From positions 1 through 13,230 of the IMG/VR virus record IMGVR_UViG_3300050026_000282: a DNA stretch of 13,230 nucleotides; one strand, written 5' to 3'. The position numbers and the translations under genes are program-made. Under the pieces are notes generated by a model that worked only from the letters and a program-made list of their open reading frames with translations, was not told the DNA's origin and made no database searches. Below are positions 6,581 through 12,647 of this stretch, one piece after another; positions within the stretch are counted from its first letter, which is position 1, and every line of letters begins with the position of its first letter. Source of the stretch: a virus. Lineage: Duplodnaviria; Heunggongvirae; Uroviricota; Caudoviricetes.

Positions 6581-6811
6581 ATGTCGATGCCCAACGCATT
6601 GCTCCCCAGGCCGTGGCGATATTCGCGGCGATGCCCTATCTGCCGACGTGGCGGCTGTATCGTCGCCGGTCCCTCTGCCGTGGCCGCTGTATGCGTCCAC
6701 ACCGAGAGCAAGCAGCGTATCGGCACCATCGGCTGGTTGCATGTGCTGGACAATGGCGGCCCGCTATGGTCGTCGTGGCGATGCAGTTTGCAGCGACTCG
6801 CGAAAGGATAG
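6581..6811 (+). CDS. Small Zn-binding protein resembling a primase N-terminal Zn domain, 76 aa
   Basis: CPICRRGGC...AAVCVHTES...GWLHVL has CxxC-x4-C-x11-C plus a GWLH motif, and starts 4 nt after the xis stop. Confidence 0.65.
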   Translation: MSMPNALLPRPWRYSRRCPICRRGGCIVAGPSAVAAVCVHTESKQRIGTIGWLHVLDNGGPLWSSWRCSLQRLAKG

Positions 6812-6820
6812 CAAAGAAAA

Positions 6821-6853
6821 ACCCCGGCGTTGGTCGGCAAAACCCGCCGGGGT
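6821..6853. terminator. GC-rich hairpin preceded by an A-tract (terminator-like on the minus strand)
   Basis: ACCCCGGCG (6821-6829) / CGCCGGGGT (6845-6853). AAAGAAAA lies 5' of it and the rep SD (AAGGAAG) immediately 3'. Confidence 0.5.
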
Positions 6854-6869
6854 AAAGGAAGATCGACAC

Positions 6870-7808
6870 GTGAATGATACCACAAAACCAAGTAAGAATG
6901 GCACCCCCAAAACAGTACTGGATGGAGTCCAGCTTGATACCCCCTCTATCAGTAGTGTAGGGAGTCCACGAGGACTTAGATACTTAGAAGACTATAAAGG
7001 ACTTGGAAGACTGAGAGAGACTGAGAGAGACTCCCAAGGTGTGCCTGACGGCACTGCGCGCTCTCTCTTTGACCTTCCATGGGAAGACTTTCTCGGCAAG
7101 GCAATCGACGCGACGAGAGATCACCTCGACAGCATCGAAGCCGACGGCGACTACACCACCGCATGGCAGACCCAAACGCCGATGTTCCGATTCGCTCACC
7201 TCGTATGGAGCCGGCCAGACTTAGGCCCAGACGCACACCGTCCTGCGGCAGTCTTCACCAGAATCGAAAGCACGTTCAAACAATGGACCACCTACTGCCG
7301 GAAACGCAAAGGACAAGAGCCACCCAACGGATTCACGGGGGACGCGTGGGAGGAGTGGCTCGGCATTTACCGCGAAGATGCCAAGACGGAGTTCCTGACT
7401 CTCTGGCCAAAGTTTCGTTGGCCGGCGAATCAGTCGCCGCTGGAAGCTGCGGTCCTGCTGGCACGCCGGTTGCTTGTAATTCCAACGGACGACATTTGCG
7501 AAAAGCGGATGGTGGAGCGAAACAATCCGACAATTGGGTACTGCTTTTTTTTGAGCGTCGCCGGGCACCTGCAAGTCATGCTCGGCGACCAGCCGATCTT
7601 TCTTCCGCAAGACGACCTTGCGAAACTGCTGCACGTGCAGGGTCGCACCATATCACGATGGCGGTCATGGGCGGTAGAAGATGGGATGCTACGTCAGACG
7701 GAGCCACCAGGCCGCCGACGGGCAGCACGGTACCGTTTCGATATTTCCCGATGGGATGCGCTCGCCAAGAAAGCTTCACCAGGAACTGCGGAGGGATTTG
7801 CTAAGTGA
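6870..7808 (+). CDS. Putative replication initiator with a C-terminal winged HTH, 312 aa from GTG 6870 (frame open from 6648)
   Basis: SD AAGGAAG precedes GTG 6870. The C-terminus FLPQDDLAKLLHVQGRTISRWRSWAVEDGMLRQTE...RRAARYRF is a wHTH with wing. It follows xis and the Zn domain and has internal repeats. No Walker A, TOPRIM or AEP motif seen. Confidence 0.6.
   Translation: MNDTTKPSKNGTPKTVLDGVQLDTPSISSVGSPRGLRYLEDYKGLGRLRETERDSQGVPDGTARSLFDLPWEDFLGKAIDATRDHLDSIEADGDYTTAWQTQTPMFRFAHLVWSRPDLGPDAHRPAAVFTRIESTFKQWTTYCRKRKGQEPPNGFTGDAWEEWLGIYREDAKTEFLTLWPKFRWPANQSPLEAAVLLARRLLVIPTDDICEKRMVERNNPTIGYCFFLSVAGHLQVMLGDQPIFLPQDDLAKLLHVQGRTISRWRSWAVEDGMLRQTEPPGRRRAARYRFDISRWDALAKKASPGTAEGFAK
6960..7035 (+). 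repeat. Iteron-like array inside the rep-like gene (candidate origin)
   Basis: Seven (G/T)ACT-anchored units with ACT at 6974, 6982, 6991, 7001, 7010, 7020 and 7030, including exact GACTGAGAGA x2 (7009-7028), bracketed by inverted GGGAGTC / GACTCCC. Confidence 0.6.
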
Positions 7809-7984
7809 GCACGACAATCAAGGCATCCCCCGAGCGGTTTAACATCGTTCTCACAGCGATGCCCGATCGGAGCGGCGTTCCGGCTGTAATCCGATTGCGC
7901 CATTTCCTTAAGCAAGCACTGCGATCCTACGGGTTAAGATGCCAAGAGATCAAACGATCGGAAGGGAAAGCCAATGAGCGATAA
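7805..7984 (+). CDS. Small hypothetical protein (59 aa), absent from the ORF track
   Basis: My translation is MSTTIKASPERFNIVLTAMPDRSGVPAVIRLRHFLKQALRSYGLRCQEIKRSEGKANER. It has a GTGA overlap with the rep stop, overlaps the next ATG, and fills the gap exactly. Confidence 0.7.
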   Translation: MSTTIKASPERFNIVLTAMPDRSGVPAVIRLRHFLKQALRSYGLRCQEIKRSEGKANER

Positions 7985-8285
7985 TCAGCCGCCAACTACC
8001 GATTCTGACGGTGGCGACCGCGATCCGCGTGGCCGATTCGCCCCTGGCAATCACGCCTCTCATGGGAACGTGGCGGCACGCAAAGCGGCACGCTGCCGAG
8101 CGAAGCTGTTCAACGCCGTTTCGGTGGCGGACTTCCAGGCGATCGTCAAGACGGTGGTGGGCCTGGCAAAGGGTGGCGAAGGGTGGGCCGTCAAACTTTT
8201 GTTTTCGTATCTGCTTGGCGATCCGCTCCCCGCAGACGTGACCGAGAGGCTAGACAATTTAGAAGCAAAAATAGGAGGCCAATAG
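7974..8285 (+). CDS. DUF5681-like / terminase small subunit-like protein, 103 aa
   Basis: N-terminal RDPRGRFAPGN..HGN motif, a helical middle (LAKGGEGWAVKLLFSYLLG) and a C-terminal D.TERLDNLE coil. The TerS role is inference. Confidence 0.6.
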   Translation: MSDNQPPTTDSDGGDRDPRGRFAPGNHASHGNVAARKAARCRAKLFNAVSVADFQAIVKTVVGLAKGGEGWAVKLLFSYLLGDPLPADVTERLDNLEAKIGGQ

Positions 8286-8288
8286 ATC

Positions 8289-8657
8289 GTGGCAACAATT
8301 GAAACCCGGCTAGCCAAACTCGAAACCACAACCGCGAAATCGTGGGAGGGTTCCTCCGACCGAGAGGCAATGCTGAATAACATTTACTGGTTACGAGTAA
8401 TGGACACATTCACTATCGCGGATTGGCCTTGCCAGGTCGGCCAGCAACGAAGTCGGCCAGCACCGCCGGCCCGCAGCGGCGACACTCGCGTGGATGAGCA
8501 GCGACAGCAGCTATTTGACGCCGAAATGAGATCGTACGATTTTGAAAGTGAAGTGCTGGATAATCGAGAGCAGTTTGAACGCGATCTAAAATCCTACCAG
8601 GAAACGGACGCGTGGAAGAGTTGGTATCAAGGAAACACCCCAGCAGCAGGCTGGTAA
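8289..8657 (+). CDS. Hypothetical protein, 122 aa
   Basis: Strong SD AGGAGG before the GTG. It begins IETRLAKLE and is tightly packed in the operon. Confidence 0.75.
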   Translation: MATIETRLAKLETTTAKSWEGSSDREAMLNNIYWLRVMDTFTIADWPCQVGQQRSRPAPPARSGDTRVDEQRQQLFDAEMRSYDFESEVLDNREQFERDLKSYQETDAWKSWYQGNTPAAGW

Positions 8658-8690
8658 CTTTTTTCAGCCACCCTAAAAAGGAATGATCGA

Positions 8691-9545
8691 ATGAGTTGCA
8701 TTGCAGAAGTCATGACGACTTTGGCCACAGAGAAGGCGGCCGCCGAAAATCGCTATCGTGAGTTGGTTCAGGCCGTGGCCCGCGGCACTTCGCCAACGGC
8801 CGATGACCTAGTGACGCTGGCGACGACCGGCAAGTCGCTGGACGCCTTCCAGACTGATTGCGAGGATGCAGGGGCAGCGGAGGCAGACCAGGCCGCCCGG
8901 CGGGAAGCGATCCGCCTTCAAGGCAACGAACAGCGGACCGCCCGCGAAACCCTGGCACGCGTAAACAATGAGCTCGCCATCGTGGAAGTAATCGGCGGCC
9001 GAGTCGTTACCTCGATTGCCGAAGCCACTCGCAGCGTGCGCGACAAATGGCAGGAGTACTTGGGCCAGACATTCGCGGAAGCCCGGGTCCTGCAAGGCCA
9101 ACCAAACCGGTGGGGGCTCGAAGGACACCGCAAGTTTGTCCGCGACCTGGCAGCCGAAATCGAGAACGCCTGGAAATGCTTGCCTCACAGGGACAACGCG
9201 GATTTTTCGGGACAGAAAGCGCACATCCAAAGCGAGGAGCGGCGACTGGAGGCGGCGAAGGCCGCGGCAACCGAGTGGAAAGTGAAGGCAGATTTGCCGA
9301 AAGCCCCCGAGGCCGCTGACGTGTTCCAAACTGGAATTGCCGCCGGCATCACGACGCTGCTGGGTTGTGCCCCTCATTTGTTTTGGATGGTGGCGGCCGC
9401 CTTCCAACAAATATGCGAGGAACGCACAAGGGAAGAAAAGGTGCTCGCGGAGGGAAAAAAAGAGCTCGACGCTCGACTCGCTAATTGCGACAGGCTGCTG
9501 GCTTCGATCGACGCGAGGGAGGCGGCACGAGCCAACAAACCATGA
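8691..9545 (+). CDS. Alpha-helical coiled-coil hypothetical protein, 284 aa
   Basis: SD AAGGA. Ala/Glu/Arg/Lys-rich heptad-like segments (e.g. EERTREEKVLAEGKKELDARLANCDRLLASIDAREAARA). No capsid or enzyme motif recognised. Confidence 0.8.
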   Translation: MSCIAEVMTTLATEKAAAENRYRELVQAVARGTSPTADDLVTLATTGKSLDAFQTDCEDAGAAEADQAARREAIRLQGNEQRTARETLARVNNELAIVEVIGGRVVTSIAEATRSVRDKWQEYLGQTFAEARVLQGQPNRWGLEGHRKFVRDLAAEIENAWKCLPHRDNADFSGQKAHIQSEERRLEAAKAAATEWKVKADLPKAPEAADVFQTGIAAGITTLLGCAPHLFWMVAAAFQQICEERTREEKVLAEGKKELDARLANCDRLLASIDAREAARANKP

Positions 9546-9547
9546 CA

Positions 9548-9647
9548 CCGACCGCGCGGTTTAGTGATTTTGCCGCGATGGTCGGGTTTTGTGCCGCGGC
9601 CGTACGGGTCTCGATCTTCCGCCTGGCCGGCCGCGGCTGTTTTTTGT
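9548..9647 (+). terminator. Two consecutive hairpins each followed by T-rich tracts
   Basis: CCGACC(G)CGCGG / CCGCG(AT)GGTCGG (9548-9585) followed by GTTTT, and GCCGCGGCC / GGCCGCGGC (9593-9601 / 9629-9637) followed by TGTTTTTTGTT. Confidence 0.45.
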
Positions 9648-9679
9648 TCAACCATTGTTCCAAAGTTAGGAGTCGAGTT

Positions 9680-10180
9680 ATGAAAATGCACGGACACGCC
9701 GTAGAGTTTTGCCGAGGTTTCGCCAGTCACGGATTTGAGTCGATGACCGACCTTTCCGAGCCGGCGGCGGCGGGCCGAGCCACCACGCCGGGACGGAAAT
9801 CAAAGCAGCCGCGGCGATTGGCGAAGCGGTTGCGATACCACAAAAAAGCCGCGAAAAGAGCCGCGGCCTTGCAAACGCTGTTGCGGCGGAAGAAGGCCAC
9901 CGAGAGCCGAGCGGCGTGGAATGATCCCGTGGTGGGAATCAAACTGCTTTACGCTGGCTCTTCAATGGAAGCGGCCAGCATCATTTCCGCTCATGCGGGG
10001 TCGAAGGGCGGAAAGACGACCAGGTGGGACAATCGGGAAACTGCCCTGGCCGCGTTAATGGGATGGACGCCCGCACCGGCGACGCCCGCAACGATGGCAC
10101 GTCGGGGCGTCGAATCGAAGGGGCGGACCGTGAAGGCCGTGGGCCTGTTCGCCACGGACTACGCCACGACCGGCTATTGA
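9680..10180 (+). CDS. Basic hypothetical protein, 166 aa (alternative coupled start at 9542)
   Basis: SD AGGAG before ATG 9680. Contains a very basic stretch RKSKQPRRLAKRLRYHKKAAKR...RRKK. Confidence 0.65.
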   Translation: MKMHGHAVEFCRGFASHGFESMTDLSEPAAAGRATTPGRKSKQPRRLAKRLRYHKKAAKRAAALQTLLRRKKATESRAAWNDPVVGIKLLYAGSSMEAASIISAHAGSKGGKTTRWDNRETALAALMGWTPAPATPATMARRGVESKGRTVKAVGLFATDYATTGY

Positions 10181-10299
10181 ACGCCTACGTTCGATTCTGA
10201 GGCATGGAAGGGCCAAGGGGTATCGAACGTCGACCAGGGCATCCCGGACGCAACAGCGGGCCACCGGCGGGCCGGCTTGCGAGTTGAGAGGTTGAACCG

Positions 10300-10494
10300 A
10301 TGAATAGACCTACCGGCCCGTGCATCCTATGCCACCGTGCCCCAGGCCGCGGACAATGGGAATTATGCCCCGACTGCCGGGCCCGCCTTGCCCAGCGATC
10401 CGCCCAGCACCAGGCCGAGCAGCACGTCAAGGCTACCAGGCGATACGACCACAGCAAAAGGAAACATGCCTTTGATGGCACCGGGGGGAGATGA
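10300..10494 (+). CDS. Small C4 zinc-finger protein, 64 aa
   Basis: CILC-x11-CPDC. SD-like GAGAGG upstream. It is the last gene before the terminator. Confidence 0.6.
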   Translation: MNRPTGPCILCHRAPGRGQWELCPDCRARLAQRSAQHQAEQHVKATRRYDHSKRKHAFDGTGGR

Positions 10495-10550
10495 TCCAGT
10501 CTCGGGGCGGTTCACCATGACCCCACCCACCCCCGGCATTTTTCAGCGAA

Positions 10551-10591
10551 GCGGATGGTCGTCCGGATCGGCCATCCGCCCTTTCTTTTCT
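10551..10591 (+). terminator. Intrinsic terminator closing the element's operon
   Basis: GCGGATGGTCG / CGGCCATCCGC stem (10551-10579, one G.U pair) followed by CCTTTCTTTTCT. Confidence 0.65.
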
Positions 10592-10634
10592 CCCCCGCTT
10601 CTAAAGGGGTTTTCTGCCCTGTTTTTTGTCGTGG

Positions 10635-10667
10635 CATAGCACGCCCATAGCACCAGCGGCATACCCC
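10635..10667 (+). promoter_or_regulatory. CATAGCAC arm-type sites at the tRNA-proximal end of the element
   Basis: CATAGCAC at 10635-10642 and 10646-10653 (11-bp period), plus degenerate CATACCCC at 10660-10667. This is the same motif as at 4525-4587. Confidence 0.7.
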
Positions 10668-10680
10668 ACCAGCAAGGCAT

Positions 10681-10720
10681 AAGAAAAAGCCTTCCCTAAC
10701 TCATTGCTAGGAAAGGCTTT
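10681..10720 (-). terminator. Element-supplied intrinsic terminator of tRNA-Ile
   Basis: Minus strand AAAGCCTTTCCTAGC-AATGA-GTTAGGGAAGGCTTT-TTCTT: 15-bp stem with two G.U pairs. Confidence 0.8.
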
Positions 10721-10726
10721 ATCGAG

Positions 10727-10800
10727 TGGGCGCACGAAGATTCGAACTTCGGACCTCGTCCTTATCAGGGACGCGCTCTAACCAACTGAGCTATGCGCCC
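10727..10800 (-). tRNA. trnI: tRNA-Ile (anticodon GAT), 74 nt, CCA not encoded
   Basis: GGGCGCA-TAGCTCAGTTGGTTAGAGC-G-CGTCC-CTGATAA-GGACG-AGGTC-CGAAG-TTCGAAT-CTTCG-TGCGCCC-A folds as a complete cloverleaf. Confidence 0.98.
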
Positions 10801-10825
10801 GAACATCGTAAGTTGTTGCTCCTTA

Positions 10826-10854
10826 TTGACTTTCGTCAACGGTCGAAGTAGGTT
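10826..10854 (+). promoter_or_regulatory. Candidate sigma70 promoter of the second integrase
   Basis: TTGACT (10826-10831), 17 nt, TAGGTT (10849-10854). The -35 is half of a TTGAC-N4-GTCAA palindrome. Confidence 0.5.
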
Positions 10855-10874
10855 AGAAGTCATCGTTTTCAAGG

Positions 10875-10906
10875 TGACACCCGTTCTGACACCCGGCAAG
10901 GTGTCA
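10875..10906. repeat. TGACACCCG x2 plus inverted GGTGTCA; probable arm-type sites of the second integrase
   Basis: Direct copies at 10875-10883 and 10887-10895, inverted copy at 10900-10906, between the tRNA 5' end and the int start. Confidence 0.6.
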
Positions 10907-10949
10907 GTGGGCTTTCCGACCTAGTCTTTCCATAGGGAGACAACTCACG

Positions 10950-12179
10950 ATGTCAGTCGCTAATTCTACCACAAATTCCCGCCCTTCCAAGCCCTACCCT
11001 GACTTCCCGTTGTTCCCACATGCTAGCGGCCGGTGGGCCAAGAAGATTTGTGGAAAGTTCCATTACTTTGGACCGTGGTCGGACCCCTACGGTGCCCTAC
11101 GCCGCTATCTTACCGAAAAGAATGATCTGGAGACTGGACGCAAGCCTCAGCGGGCGTCAGCGGGCGTCACTGACACCTTGACCGTGAAGCAGATGGTCGG
11201 CCTGTTTTTAGATGCCAAGGAGATCAATGTCCAGTCAGGAGAGATGGAGTACCCCACCTGGAAAGCCTACGAGTCATTTGGGAATCGAATGATTCGCGTC
11301 TTCGGTGCAAGTGCGTTGGTTGAAAGTCTCGGCCCCGATGACTTCCAGCGGCTCCGTAAAGACCTTCAAACCACCCACAAGAGTCTGGCGTCCATCAACG
11401 GCGACATCGGCAAGATCAAGGCGTTCTTCAACTGGGCTGGACCTGGCAGCAATGGCCAGGGCTACATCGACCGACTTCCTCGCTTTGGTAGCCTCTTCAA
11501 GCGGCCGTCAAAGTCGGCCTTGGAACGCGAGCGGGAGGAGCAGGGTGGCCGAGTTTTTCGGGCTGAGCAGATTCAGACTCTATTGGCTACCGCCCCTCCT
11601 AAACTGAAAGCGATGATCCTTTTGGGAATCAACTGCGGCTACGGAAACACGGATTGTGCGAAGCTGCCTCTCGGTAAGCTCGATCTAGATGGTGGCTGGG
11701 CCAATTTCGCCCGCACGAAGAATGCCATCCGTCGCCGCAATCCTCTCTGGCCTGAGACCGTTGAAGCCCTGCGGGTGGTACGGGCATCACGCAAGTCGCC
11801 GAGTGACACGAAATATGCGAGTCGCGTCTTCATCACAAAATATAGCCAGCCGTTTCGTGCCTGTGCTCTGGGCTACGAGTTTGAGAAGTTGGCCGTCAAG
11901 GTGGGCATGACCCGAGAAGAGGCGGATTTCTACGACCTGCGGCGGACGTGTGCCAGTATTGGCCTCCAGATGAATGACGACGAGGCCATGCGCACCATCT
12001 TGGGACACAAGCGGCTGGCGGCGGACATGCTGGGCGTGTATAACCGGCTCAGTGTCGCCGATGCCCGCTTGCTGGTCGTTACCGACTACATCCACGACTG
12101 GCTGTTTACTTCGGCTGCCACTTCGGCTGCGGAATCCGGCGACGGCCAGCCGGCCGCCCCTTCGGAGCCGCTTGCGTGA
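10950..12179 (+). CDS. int: Tyrosine recombinase/integrase, atypical active site, 409 aa
   Basis: N-terminal arm-like PHASGRWAKKICGKFHYFGPW. Box I region LGINCGYGNTDC, then RTKN, FYDLRRT, ILGH and GVYNR. Confidence 0.9.
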   Translation: MSVANSTTNSRPSKPYPDFPLFPHASGRWAKKICGKFHYFGPWSDPYGALRRYLTEKNDLETGRKPQRASAGVTDTLTVKQMVGLFLDAKEINVQSGEMEYPTWKAYESFGNRMIRVFGASALVESLGPDDFQRLRKDLQTTHKSLASINGDIGKIKAFFNWAGPGSNGQGYIDRLPRFGSLFKRPSKSALEREREEQGGRVFRAEQIQTLLATAPPKLKAMILLGINCGYGNTDCAKLPLGKLDLDGGWANFARTKNAIRRRNPLWPETVEALRVVRASRKSPSDTKYASRVFITKYSQPFRACALGYEFEKLAVKVGMTREEADFYDLRRTCASIGLQMNDDEAMRTILGHKRLAADMLGVYNRLSVADARLLVVTDYIHDWLFTSAATSAAESGDGQPAAPSEPLA

Positions 12180-12477
12180 TGGCACGTTGTTGCGTGAACG
12201 CTTCTAGGTCGCTTGGGTTGATCCGGTATTTAGGCCGCCCGTTTTCTCGCTCGGTGATGTTGTAGCCACGCAGGCAGCCGGAACGAATCCAAGAGAGCAC
12301 CTTGTTGGGTCGGACGCGAAGGAACTTGGCCACTTCGGGAACGGTCATTGGCTGCTGCGGAGACTCCAGGCGGGCGCTAGACTGCATGGCGTCGGCCAGG
12401 GTCAGGGCGGCAGCGGCCGAAGGCTCGCCGACCTGATTGAGGTACTCGCGGTAGATGGTCCAGGTCGTGGGATTCAT
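12106..12477 (-). CDS. Excisionase-like HTH_17 protein, 123 aa, convergent with and overlapping int by 74 nt
   Basis: MTVPEVAKFLRVRPNKVLSWIRSGCLRGYNI...RPKYRINPSDLEAF. Confidence 0.88.
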   Translation of the reverse strand: MNPTTWTIYREYLNQVGEPSAAAALTLADAMQSSARLESPQQPMTVPEVAKFLRVRPNKVLSWIRSGCLRGYNITERENGRPKYRINPSDLEAFTQQRAITQAAPKGRPAGRRRIPQPKWQPK

Positions 12478-12647
12478 CGCAGCCTGCTGAATGGCGTCGC
12501 TTTTGCCGAAGTGCCAAGAATCCCAACGGCTTTACTTCTCAGCCAAGGGAATGTAAAATCACATGCCGTCCATTTAACTTGATTTTTCGCTGTTGAACGC
12601 TTGCCGGGCGGTTCCGTCCGCACACGATCAGGGCGGGGAGGAGAAAA

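Larger units (their letters stand above)
4393..10772 (+). mobile_element. 6332-bp integrative element in tRNA-Ile(GAT); candidate phage satellite
   Basis: Bounded by the att repeats (offset 6332 bp), with the integrase next to the displaced fragment, matching arm repeats at both ends, and unidirectional int-HTH-xis-ZnF-rep-TerS-like gene order. Confidence 0.9.

Noticed and set aside
6648-6869. 74-codon N-terminal extension of rep, or a programmed frameshift fusing the Zn domain to Rep
   Set aside because: There is no SD at 6648 but a good one at 6870, and the only slippery A-run (6813-6821) lies after the Zn-domain stop. Kept only as a possible ancestral fusion.
8691-9545. Major capsid protein (would make this a cf-PICI)
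   Set aside because: The sequence looks almost entirely helical/coiled-coil, with no HK97-fold features and no portal or protease neighbours.
6976-9730. Long minus-strand and alternate-frame ORFs (7079-7804, 7221-7634, 8808-9548 and others)
   Set aside because: They overlap better-supported plus-strand genes with SDs and coupling, and are Arg/Pro/Gly-rich shadow translations.
10337-10639. 100-aa ORF
   Set aside because: It overlaps the Zn-finger ORF, terminator and arm sites, and is Pro/Ser-rich with no SD.
10724-10727. Missing 3' CCA as evidence of a tRNA pseudogene
   Set aside because: Many bacteria add CCA post-transcriptionally, and the cloverleaf is otherwise perfect.
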